A stretch of DNA of 64,000 nt from the NCBI RefSeq assembly GCF_002087085.1, contig NZ_MWQY01000004.1:124001-188000 (forward strand), in the 5' to 3' direction. Positions 19,885 to 28,733 of this stretch are shown piece by piece. The stretch's first letter is position 1. The number at the start of each line of letters is the position of its first letter. The notes beneath the pieces were generated by a model. The model saw only the letters and a program-made list of their open reading frames with translations, was not told where the DNA came from and ran no database searches. Both the position numbers and the translations under genes were made by a program.

Positions 19885-20541
19885 ATGAGTTTTACGGGAA
19901 TAATCTTTGATCTTGACGGGACCCTGTTGAACACCATCGACGACCTGGCGGACAGCTGCAACCGCCAGCTGGAAAAATACGGTTTCCCGACCCACCCGGC
20001 GGAGGCCTACCGCTACTTCGTGGGTAACGGTGTGGTAAAACTGGTTGAACGAGCCCTCCCCGATTCCAGGGAAGCGCATTCAATCCTGAATACGTTTATC
20101 AGGGATTTCCGGGCGGATTACAAGGAGCACTGTTTCGATAAAACCCGACCCTACCCGGGGATCCTTGAGCTTCTTGAAAGACTGCGCCGGGACGGTATGA
20201 TTCTCGCGGTACTGTCGAACAAACCGGACGCCGAGACAAAAAAGGTTGTCCGCTACTTCTTTCCGAAGGAGCAGTTTCACTGTGCCGCGGGACACAAGGA
20301 AGAGTTTGATGTAAAACCCGATCCCGCGGGGGTACGGGCCATTCTGAAAAAACTGGATCTGAAACCCGAAGATACAGCTTTTGTGGGAGACACCTGGATA
20401 GATATGCAGACGGCGGTCAACTCCGGATGCTTTCCCGTGGGAATCCTCTGGGGATTCCGGGATCGTAAGGAGCTCGAAGAGGCCGGGGCCCGGCGTATCG
20501 CAGCAACCGCCGAAGAGCTCTACTCCATCCTGAGAAGTTAA
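19885..20541 (+). CDS. HAD-family hydrolase (phosphoglycolate phosphatase-like)
   Basis: FDLDGTL, SNK, KPDP, VGDTWID. Confidence 0.9.
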   Translation: MSFTGIIFDLDGTLLNTIDDLADSCNRQLEKYGFPTHPAEAYRYFVGNGVVKLVERALPDSREAHSILNTFIRDFRADYKEHCFDKTRPYPGILELLERLRRDGMILAVLSNKPDAETKKVVRYFFPKEQFHCAAGHKEEFDVKPDPAGVRAILKKLDLKPEDTAFVGDTWIDMQTAVNSGCFPVGILWGFRDRKELEEAGARRIAATAEELYSILRS

Positions 20542-20547
20542 GCCCGC

Positions 20548-21237
20548 TTAGAGAACGATAATATCCCCCACCCCTGTACGGTGATCACTCAGTTCTCTTC
20601 CGATCTCTCCGGAACAGTGGGTGGCGATAATCCGTTTGTAGCCGATCTCCTTCAGCTGATCCATGGTTTTCCGGATCTGATCCCTGTCCATGTTCACCAG
20701 ATGCATCCCTCCAAGAAGGGTATACAGATCATCCCCGGCATAAGTCGAGGCCACCTCCTGTGCTATTTTGAGGATTCCCGGGTGAGCACAGCCGGTGATC
20801 AGGCTCGTCCCTCTGGCACTGCGCACAACAATGCCCTGCTCCATCATCAGGTCGCCCTTGTATTCTGTGGTAAAGGTTCCCGTCGTCCTGACCGGACCGA
20901 TGTCCAGAGCCTCAGGACACAGGATAACCTCTGCCTTCCCCAGAGCTTCCTTGTCGGGGAAGATATCCTGTGCCCCGGCGGGCAGATAGACGGACAGCCC
21001 GGGGCGCAGATCCAGCAGGGTCTTTAATCCCCCCGTATGGTCCCAGTGGGGATGGGAGACAATGACCGCTTCGATCTCTTCCAGGCTTATTTCCATCTCT
21101 TTAAGGTTTTTTACCATGGCGGGACCGGCCTCACCGGTATCGAAGAGAATCTTTCCGTCAACCAGACAACTGAAGCCCCAGCCTGATTCGAGGGAGGATC
21201 GCACCGTCTGATTGTCATACAGGATATGTACTGTCAT
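20548..21237 (-). CDS. MBL-fold metallo-hydrolase
   Basis: GWGFS, FDTG, SHPHWDHTGG, TGCAHPG, GGMH, THCSG. Confidence 0.9.
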   Translation of the reverse strand: MTVHILYDNQTVRSSLESGWGFSCLVDGKILFDTGEAGPAMVKNLKEMEISLEEIEAVIVSHPHWDHTGGLKTLLDLRPGLSVYLPAGAQDIFPDKEALGKAEVILCPEALDIGPVRTTGTFTTEYKGDLMMEQGIVVRSARGTSLITGCAHPGILKIAQEVASTYAGDDLYTLLGGMHLVNMDRDQIRKTMDQLKEIGYKRIIATHCSGEIGRELSDHRTGVGDIIVL

Positions 21238-21313
21238 GGGCAACTCCGGGGAAAGAAATGAACTGGCAGGTAGCATTGTACCCCGGAATTATCCGCTTCA
21301 CAAGCTGAAGAAA

Positions 21314-21625
21314 CTATGATTCCTTCTGCCCCTGCTCGTCCATCTCCTGCAGGACCCTGCGGGTCTCCGCCAGTTCCTCCTCCAGAAGATCCGCACGGCG
21401 GCGCAAAAACTCCGCCTGATCATCCCCGGTAACCGGACCCCAGGCGTACGCGGCGCCCCAGGCGGCTCCCCGGCCCCGGCCCATACCCCGGGCAAAGCCG
21501 CGGCCTCCCCGAAAAAAACCTCGTCCCGCAAATCTTCCCCGGGAGTATCCGGTTCCGCAGTATCCCATCCCCCAGCCGCTCATGGGTCCCATTCCGGCAG
21601 GCCCTGTTCCGTCAAATCCAGGCAT
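21314..21625 (-). CDS. DUF5320-family Gly/Arg-rich protein
   Basis: MPGFDGTGPAGMGPMSGWGMGYC start, RGG-rich middle, coiled-coil end. Confidence 0.88.
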   Translation of the reverse strand: MPGFDGTGPAGMGPMSGWGMGYCGTGYSRGRFAGRGFFRGGRGFARGMGRGRGAAWGAAYAWGPVTGDDQAEFLRRRADLLEEELAETRRVLQEMDEQGQKES

Positions 21626-21644
21626 ACCATACCTCCTATTCTCT

Positions 21645-21689
21645 ATTGATTTTCATTATCAATATAGACAAAAACAGTTTCCCTGTCAA
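21645..21689 (-). promoter_or_regulatory. Promoter with Fur-like box upstream of DUF5320
   Basis: Minus strand TTGACA-N17-TATATT, overlapped by ATTGATAATGAAAATCAAT (21663-21645). Confidence 0.65.
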
Positions 21690-21700
21690 GAAAATTATAC

Positions 21701-21762
21701 TTGACTTATTTTGTCTGATTTTCTATATTGTTCAATATAAGATAGTTTGATATTAAACTATC
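21701..21762 (+). promoter_or_regulatory. marR-wrbA promoter with two palindromic operators
   Basis: TTGACT-N17-TATATT; TATATTG-TT-CAATATA (21724-21739) and GATAGTTT-N6-AAACTATC (21741-21762). Confidence 0.7.
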
Positions 21763-21773
21763 GAGGGAGTTGC

Positions 21774-22274
21774 ATGGCACAGGCAGAAAAAGATATGTAC
21801 CTGGACACCTTTACCAAGTTTTCCAGGGCCCACACTTCCGTGCTCAACTATCTCTCCGGCCCGCCGGCACTGCCGGAGGATATGACGATAACCCAGTTCG
21901 GCGTCCTTGAGGTCCTGCTGCACAAAGGCCCCCTGACCCACCGGGAAATCGCCGCCAAAATTCTCAAGAGCCGGGGGAATCTGACCATGGTAATCGATCA
22001 CCTGGAACGGGACGGCCTCGTAGAACGCCTTCCCGTTGCAGGGGACCGTCGTTCAAGGCGCGTAGCCCTCACCCCCAGGGGTGAAAAACGAATCAAAACC
22101 GTGTTTCCCCTTCAGGCAGAAGCAATCCGTTCGGTTTTCGGCAACCTGGCCGACCAGGAGGTAATACTCCTGGGACAGCTTTGCAGGAAGCTGGGCCTGA
22201 GCCTTGCGGCCGAAAACCGGAGCAGGAAAGCTGAAGGGAAAAAACCAGAGACCGCATCAGGAGGTGCACAATGA
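21774..22274 (+). CDS. MarR-family regulator (MhqR-like)
   Basis: TITQFGVLEVLLHKGPL, GNLTMVID, DRRS. Confidence 0.9.
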   Translation: MAQAEKDMYLDTFTKFSRAHTSVLNYLSGPPALPEDMTITQFGVLEVLLHKGPLTHREIAAKILKSRGNLTMVIDHLERDGLVERLPVAGDRRSRRVALTPRGEKRIKTVFPLQAEAIRSVFGNLADQEVILLGQLCRKLGLSLAAENRSRKAEGKKPETASGGAQ

Positions 22275-22885
22275 AGGTCAACATTTTATTCTATTCCATG
22301 TACGGCCACATGTTTCAGATGGTCAAAGCCGCCAAAGAGGGGGCGGACAAGGTAACGGGAGTCGAGAGCCGAATCCTGAGAATACCGGAAACCCTCCCCG
22401 AAAATATCCTCGAGGCCATGGGTGCCCTGGAGGCCCAGAAACAGTTTGCCGACATTCCCGAAGCGACCATGGACGACCTGGCGGAGGCCGACGGTCTGAT
22501 CCTCGGTATTCCCACCCGCTACGGACGGATGAGCGCCCAGTGGGCCAACTTCCTCGATCAGTCCGGGCAGCTGTGGCTCAAGGGTACCCTGATCGATAAA
22601 CCCGTGGCCCTTATGTCCTCTTCGGCGACCCAGCACGGCGGGCAGGAATCCACCCTTATAAGCACAGCCGCCTCGCTTATGCACCACGGAATGCTGGTGG
22701 TGGGACTCCCCTACTCCTATCAGGGACAGATGGGGGTCGATGAGATCACCGGGGGCAGTCCCTACGGAGCCAGCACGATTACCGGGGGACAGGGAGAACG
22801 CCTGCCCAGTGAACGGGAGCTGGAGGGGGCACGTTTCCAGGGAGAGCGTCTGGCGATGATAGCCAGCAGACTTTCCACCAAATAG
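22271..22885 (+). CDS. wrbA: NAD(P)H:quinone oxidoreductase WrbA
   Basis: YSMYGH, PTRYG, TQHGGQE, GGSPYGA. Confidence 0.95.
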   Translation: MKVNILFYSMYGHMFQMVKAAKEGADKVTGVESRILRIPETLPENILEAMGALEAQKQFADIPEATMDDLAEADGLILGIPTRYGRMSAQWANFLDQSGQLWLKGTLIDKPVALMSSSATQHGGQESTLISTAASLMHHGMLVVGLPYSYQGQMGVDEITGGSPYGASTITGGQGERLPSERELEGARFQGERLAMIASRLSTK

Positions 22886-22895
22886 ACCAGTTTAC

Positions 22896-22928
22896 CGGGG
22901 GGCGGGGATTGCCCCCGCCCCCGTTTTC
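22896..22928 (+). terminator. Intrinsic terminator after wrbA
   Basis: GC stem GGGGGCGGGG / CCCCGCCCCC followed by GTTTT. Confidence 0.7.
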
Positions 22929-22944
22929 ATGTTTCAGTATATCC

Positions 22945-23496
22945 ATGAAATCTCCAGAATTTGAAACCATCCCTGTAAAAGGTCCCCAGGAGACCAGTTC
23001 AAACTGTTTTATCTGCGGGGTAAACAATCCCGCCGGGGTAAAGGCACGCTTCTACGAACTGGAAAGCGGCGAAGCCGCGGCGGTCTTCTCCGTGCCGGAG
23101 ACCCATAACGGGTATCCCGGAAGGGTCCACGGCGGCGTTACCGGGGCCATTCTCGACGAACTTGTCGGACGATCCATAACCAGTCTGGAACCCGGGACCT
23201 GGGGCGTAACCGTGGAGCTTAACGTACGCTACCGTAAACCGATCCCGACTGAAACCCCCTTAAGCGCCCGTGGAAGGGTCAGCCTGAACGAAAAAAGACG
23301 GTTTCGGGGTACCGGAGAGCTCTACCTGCCCGACGGTACCGTTGCCGCGACCTGTGAGGGAACCTACGTAAAACTTCCCCTGGAACGCATAGCCTCGGAA
23401 ACCGGCGGCGACCCCCACTCCCTGGCGGAGGAGGGCTGGATGAAGCGTAATTCAAGCGACGATCCCGAGGCGCTCCGCTTTCCCAGGATAAAATAG
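22945..23496 (+). CDS. PaaI-family (hotdog) thioesterase
   Basis: CFICG..NPAG, GYPGRVHGG, ILDE, TVELNVRYRKP. Confidence 0.88.
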   Translation: MKSPEFETIPVKGPQETSSNCFICGVNNPAGVKARFYELESGEAAAVFSVPETHNGYPGRVHGGVTGAILDELVGRSITSLEPGTWGVTVELNVRYRKPIPTETPLSARGRVSLNEKRRFRGTGELYLPDGTVAATCEGTYVKLPLERIASETGGDPHSLAEEGWMKRNSSDDPEALRFPRIK

Positions 23497-23507
23497 GTAC
23501 TACGATA

Positions 23508-24944
23508 ATGGTCCTTATGACGGTGCCCCGGAGTAAGTCTGCCCTGCATGTAATACTTAGTCTCTCCCTCTTTTTCGGTTGGCTCCTATCCTTTCCCTTC
23601 CATGGACCTGTGCTGAATATCTACAGTGAGGCCCGGGGGTTTAACCCGGGTTATCTATCTACACTCTTTATTGCCTTTCACGGTGGAGGGATTCTCCTTA
23701 GCGGCTTCGTTGCCGGCACAACACGTTCCTGGCGGCATTTAATCCGGCCGGCGGGAATCATTACTCTCGTGGCCGCAGCAGCTATTCTCGCCGTACCACC
23801 GGACGTCGCGCCTTTTCTTTTCGCCCTTTCGGGCGCGTCGTCAGGAGTATTTATTGTAGCCTGGAGTGTTCCCTTTTCACTGCAGGTATCACCGGCATTT
23901 CGAATACAGGTCATGGCGGCGATCATTGCAGTTGCCAATATTGTGTACATTGCAGTCAAGTTGAGTCTGATTTTTTCCATGCCCGGTTTGGGAAACACCA
24001 TCAGCATGGTTTCCTTGATTGCCGCAACGGCAGTAGTTTTGCTGTTGAACACAGCTCCCGGGGATACAACGAAACAGACCAGTTCTCCCGTCAAGCTGCC
24101 GGCCGTGTTGATTGGGATACTCTGCGCTACGATCTTTCTGTTATATATAAACGGAGGATTCATGTACCTGGTACTGTATCCTTCATCCCCGGAATCCCTG
24201 ACCTGGCTTCCAATATTCCGGGACCTTGTCTACCTTTCAACTCTAATTACAATGGCCATTTCGGGCGCCAGAATAGACCGCATGGTTCCGGTTTATTTAT
24301 CTGCATCCCTGATGATTCTTGCTTTCGCGTTTTATTCCCTCTTCGGCTCCTCAACAGTTGGGTGGATAAGCGCGGAGGTTCTGTGCCAATCGTCCATGGC
24401 CCTGCTGGATCTTTTTCTCTGGACAGTTCTGGGGGATATCGCCTTTACCTACAAACGTCCATATACAGTCTTCGGTTGGGGGCTATCGGCCAATGTGGCT
24501 GGTATCCTGGCTGGAGGTTTTATTGGTGGACTCCTTATCCGATTAAACGAGAATCCGGAGCTCATTATTGCCGTATCCACCGGGACAAGCGTTTCTCTCA
24601 CCTTTCTGCTGATACCCTTGCTTGCTGCGAGACTGCTTGTAGACCTGCTGGAGAAGATCAATCTGATGCAGATGGAGTCACATAGAGAAGCCGGCGAGAA
24701 CACCGGGATCCGGGTACCCCCGGCACACAGCATACCGGGTTTTGTAGAGCTAAGCCCCAGAGAAACAGAGATAGCCGGACTTATATTACGCAGTAAGAAC
24801 AATCAGGAAATTGCTGACAAACTCTTTATCTCCGAGAACACCGTAAAAGTCCATTTGAAAAACATCTACCGAAAACTATCGGTGGCCGGGAAGAACGAGT
24901 TCTTAGCTCTGGTTGTATCGGCCTACGAAAACAGCCGAGGTTAA
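23508..24944 (+). CDS. Multi-pass membrane protein with C-terminal LuxR HTH
   Basis: About 12 hydrophobic segments, then LSPRETEI...NQEIADKLFISENTVKVHLKNIYRKL. Confidence 0.88.
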   Translation: MVLMTVPRSKSALHVILSLSLFFGWLLSFPFHGPVLNIYSEARGFNPGYLSTLFIAFHGGGILLSGFVAGTTRSWRHLIRPAGIITLVAAAAILAVPPDVAPFLFALSGASSGVFIVAWSVPFSLQVSPAFRIQVMAAIIAVANIVYIAVKLSLIFSMPGLGNTISMVSLIAATAVVLLLNTAPGDTTKQTSSPVKLPAVLIGILCATIFLLYINGGFMYLVLYPSSPESLTWLPIFRDLVYLSTLITMAISGARIDRMVPVYLSASLMILAFAFYSLFGSSTVGWISAEVLCQSSMALLDLFLWTVLGDIAFTYKRPYTVFGWGLSANVAGILAGGFIGGLLIRLNENPELIIAVSTGTSVSLTFLLIPLLAARLLVDLLEKINLMQMESHREAGENTGIRVPPAHSIPGFVELSPRETEIAGLILRSKNNQEIADKLFISENTVKVHLKNIYRKLSVAGKNEFLALVVSAYENSRG

Positions 24945-24954
24945 GAAACACCCC

Positions 24955-26289
24955 TCAGCCCACAACGCTCCATTTTTTAATAATCTCCAGAGCAGGCTTG
25001 TTCCGCACACTGGAGGCTTTGTGAAAAGAGGAATCACCATGACGATACATGGTGTCTCCCCGGTTACGCCACCAGAATCCCCAGCTCCAGACCTCGTCCA
25101 CCCAGGCGAGACTTTGAATAGACTGGAAAAAGGCCTCGTACATCTCTGCCTGGATAAGAAGGTCCTGGGCGACATCCGGATTGCTGTGGTCCGCCGGTTC
25201 GAACCAGAGCTGCCGCGGAGCCCCGGAACAGCTCATGAAGGGATTGAGGTAGATAACGGGGACTGAAGGAGTACCGACTGCAGAACCGGTAAATGCTTCG
25301 GCCGTGGTATCGTGAAAATCCGCAAAAGAAGCTGCAAGCGAAGAAATATCCGGATTCTCGGCGTCCATAATCTCCGCCCAGGGAACAACTACCGCCACGT
25401 CAAGATCTTCCACGGGGAACTGCTCCAGTTCGTGGTACAATGACCCTTCCAGGCTGCCTGTTACAACCCCGGCGTAGGCGATATCCCCGGAATAAACAGC
25501 TTTCACTGCTCCAATCAGGGCCCGCCATCTGTCTGCATTGGCATCTCGTACTGCCCCGGCAAGCTGCTTCCCAATGATCAGCATGCTTATGCCTGCCTCT
25601 TCGGCAACAACAGCCTGATCAAGCACAAAGGCGGTGTAAGCGTTGAACCAGTTGTCCCAGTACTTATATGCAAAGTCTGTTGGCGATGCGCTGGCAACTG
25701 CGTCACCGGTGGTATTCAGGAATGCAATAAAATCATCTATAAACCAGCGGTACTCGTTCCAGTCCCAGCCATCCGCACCTGGACCTGCCAGGTAGGCCAG
25801 ATCATAATTCAGTTCCAGCCCCAGTACAAAATCCAAGCCCCGCCCAGCGGCTTCGGCAGCCATGGCCCGGATTTCCGCGGATGTGGCACTGCGAAAACCG
25901 TATGCATCGCCGCTGCCGAGATAATCGAAAACAGGGGGAGTATCCGCCGTACCCTGGTCCCGGTAGCTTGCCCAGTTAAAATAGATCAGCCGCTGAGCCC
26001 CGCTACGCTACACACTGTTAAAAGTTGTCTCAAGACAATCCTGGTAGATAAAGTCGGCGTAGAAGTCCATAAGGGTATGGCCTGTGTGAAGCTTCCTGGT
26101 AATATCGGCAGGCTGAGTGTAATCACTGCCCGCAAAGATCGCCTGATACTCTTCCGGCAATTCATACACCAGGTCCTGTTCCGAGATGCGGCTGATCCCA
26201 TCGTCTCCGGAGGAACTGCACCCGGAAAAAGCAAGCGCCAGCGTCAGGGCGACTGTGGGCAGTATACATAAAGCAAACGATTTTCTCAT
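24955..26289 (-). pseudogene. Lipoprotein with GH113-like TIM barrel, interrupted by one in-frame TAG
   Basis: ORFs 26008-26289 and 24955-25863 are in the same frame, and the 48 codons between them are open. The only break is TAG 26010-26008. FSGC lipobox; QAEMYEA, WGFWW and NKPA resemble GH113/GTA-TIM ends. Confidence 0.7.
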
Positions 26290-26469
26290 TCATCCCTCCA
26301 AGCGCAGCGGCTATACTTTTTATATGACTTTCTTAGATGAACTTTATTGTTCAGTACATTGAAGCCATGATACCCCGGGTTCTGGCACAGCGATATAACC
26401 CGAAAGGAGTATTTTCGCCGGTATCAGGACATTTGACACAGACTCAGCCGGGGCATACAATTCCAGCAT

Positions 26470-27522
26470 ATGGATACATCCCCGGCTGAAAATAACTTCC
26501 GCACATATATCGACGAACATGAACTGGCCCTTTCGGATCAGATCATCACGCTTCTCTGGCGGGACCACCCTGAGTATGACAGGATCTTTGATGAGAAAGG
26601 CAAGGGGAAGTGCGCCCAGGATATCCGCTATCATCTGAAGTATCTTGCCGCCGCCGTGGACGCCGAATCTCCCGCCCTCTTTCTGCGTTATCTGGAGTGG
26701 GTAAAGAGCCTCTTCGCCTCCCTGAACATTCCCCGGGACACCTTTTTAGAGACCCTGAAGACAATGAAGGAGGTTCTCGGAGATCAGAGCAGCATCGCCC
26801 TGAACTACCTTGACGAAGGACTGAAGGCCTACCCGGAGCTCCCGGACAGGCATGACTCCTTTATTACCCCGGAAAATCCCCTCTCCGGGGTGGCCGGAAA
26901 CTACATCCAGGCCCTGCTCAAACGGGACAGGGAAGGCGCCATGAAGATCATCATGCAGGAGATGGAAGCGGGACGGGACATCCGGGAGATGTACGAGTAC
27001 GTATTCCAGGTAAGCCAGCGGGAGATCGGCCGTCTCTGGCAGACCGGAAGCGTCAGCGTGGCCCAGGAACACTACTGCACCGGAGCGACCCAGCTTATCA
27101 TGAGCCGCCTCTATCCCTATGTATTCAACCACGAGAAAAACGGACTCACTTTTATCGGAACCAGCGTGGGGGATGAGCTTCATGAACTTGGAATCCGCAT
27201 GGTCAGCGACTTCTTTGAACTCGACGGCTGGGATACGATTTTTCTGGGCGCCAACACACCTGCGAAGGACATACTGCGGTGCATCATGGATGAGCAGGCA
27301 AAGGTCATCGGAATTTCCGTGACCATAACCTACCACCTTCACAAAGTCCGGGAGATTATAGATTCCATCGCCGAAAACCCTGAGCTAAAGGGGGTCAGGA
27401 TCCTTGTGGGGGGCTACCCCTTCAATGAGGACCGTGAATTGTGGCGCAGGATAGGAGCTCACGGCTACGGGACTGATGCCAGAGACGCGATACGCACCGC
27501 ACGCCGGCTTGTGGGGATATAG
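26470..27522 (+). CDS. Globin-like domain + cobalamin-binding domain sensor (photocobilin-like)
   Basis: N-terminal KGKCAQDIRYHLKYL; W190-x9-E200H201; ELH238ELG; IGIS and LVGG Rossmann B12 motifs. Confidence 0.85.
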   Translation: MDTSPAENNFRTYIDEHELALSDQIITLLWRDHPEYDRIFDEKGKGKCAQDIRYHLKYLAAAVDAESPALFLRYLEWVKSLFASLNIPRDTFLETLKTMKEVLGDQSSIALNYLDEGLKAYPELPDRHDSFITPENPLSGVAGNYIQALLKRDREGAMKIIMQEMEAGRDIREMYEYVFQVSQREIGRLWQTGSVSVAQEHYCTGATQLIMSRLYPYVFNHEKNGLTFIGTSVGDELHELGIRMVSDFFELDGWDTIFLGANTPAKDILRCIMDEQAKVIGISVTITYHLHKVREIIDSIAENPELKGVRILVGGYPFNEDRELWRRIGAHGYGTDARDAIRTARRLVGI

Positions 27523-27524
27523 GT

Positions 27525-28733
27525 ATGAAACAGAAGATCTTCCACGGTTTCGCGGTTCTGTGTGATCAGGACGGCCGTATAGAGCTCATCCTGCGGAATG
27601 ATTTGAAGAACATACTGAATCCCCGGCCCGGGGCACCCCTGAGCACCCTGATCGACGAAGCGGACCTTCCCGATTATTACACCTTTTTATACCGGCTAAA
27701 GAATGAAACCGTGCTCTATGACTGGCAGCTGAAAATCGATTCTGCCACGGAGCCGGGGGAGCTCTACTTTACGGGAGGAAGCTTTGACGGGCGGATATTC
27801 ATTATCGCCTCCTCCCTGACAACGGAAGCAGCGGAGTTCATTGACGAACTGGGACGCATCAACAATGAGCAGGCCGACATGCTCCGACGGGCAATAAAAA
27901 AAGAGAACCGCGATGATCAGGAAGTTTTCCGCGACTTTGCCAGGGTGAATAATGAGCTGACCAATCTTCAGCGGGAACTGCACAAAAAAAACCATGAGCT
28001 GACAAGAACCCTGCAGGAGAGAGACAGGTTTATCGGCATGGCCGCCCACGACCTGCGCAGTCCCTTAAGCGGAATCTCCGGGCTCTGCGGCCTGCTGCTG
28101 GACGGCCGGATGGGAGAACTCAGCACGGACCAGCAGGAGATTATCCAGACCATATGCGAAAGCTCAGAGTACATGGTCCAGATGGTGAACGACATGCTGG
28201 ACCTGGCGGCCATCGAGTCCGGTACCCTGCAGCTCAACATCAGGAAAACGGACCTGGTGAAGATAATCCGGGACAGCTTCAGCATTAACAGGCAGATCGC
28301 CGAGCAGAAGGAGATCTGCCTCACGATAAAGACGGAGCAGGATTCGATCCCGCTGGAAATCGACGGAGTAAAAATCAGGCAGGTGGCGGACAACCTGATT
28401 TCCAACGCCATCAAGTTCTCCCATCCCGGGACCGCCGTACAGGTCGGGGTTATGCAGACCGGGGATCACGCCGAGGTCAGCGTCCGGGACCAGGGACAGG
28501 GGATTCCCGCAGAAGAGCTGCCGAAACTCTTTACTCCCTACTCACGAGTCAAGGTCTCCTCCACCGCCGGAGAAAAAAGCACCGGATTAGGCCTGGCAAT
28601 ATCCCAGCGTATAATCCGGGGACACCGGGGAACACTGAAGGTTGAGAGCGAGGTCGGGAAAGGCTCGATCTTTCGCTTCAGCCTGCCGCTTAAACCGGCG
28701 GATGGGGAAAATACCCCTCAGGCCTCTTCATAA
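27525..28733 (+). CDS. Cytoplasmic sensor histidine kinase
   Basis: AHDLRSPL, NLISNAIKFS, DQGQGI, GLGLAI; no TM segments; starts 2 bp after the upstream stop. Confidence 0.93.
   Translation: MKQKIFHGFAVLCDQDGRIELILRNDLKNILNPRPGAPLSTLIDEADLPDYYTFLYRLKNETVLYDWQLKIDSATEPGELYFTGGSFDGRIFIIASSLTTEAAEFIDELGRINNEQADMLRRAIKKENRDDQEVFRDFARVNNELTNLQRELHKKNHELTRTLQERDRFIGMAAHDLRSPLSGISGLCGLLLDGRMGELSTDQQEIIQTICESSEYMVQMVNDMLDLAAIESGTLQLNIRKTDLVKIIRDSFSINRQIAEQKEICLTIKTEQDSIPLEIDGVKIRQVADNLISNAIKFSHPGTAVQVGVMQTGDHAEVSVRDQGQGIPAEELPKLFTPYSRVKVSSTAGEKSTGLGLAISQRIIRGHRGTLKVESEVGKGSIFRFSLPLKPADGENTPQASS

Noticed and set aside
26008..26010. Pyrrolysine recoding suggested by an amber codon next to a corrinoid-binding gene
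   Set aside because: The interrupted gene is not a methylamine methyltransferase, no pyl genes are in the window, and the B12 protein has sensor-type motifs.
26369..26425. Possible riboswitch (GATACC/GGTATC and CGGGTT/AACCCG pairings) near the B12 sensor gene
   Set aside because: No cobalamin-riboswitch B12 box or other recognisable aptamer consensus, and it lies upstream of the predicted promoter. An Rfam scan would settle it.
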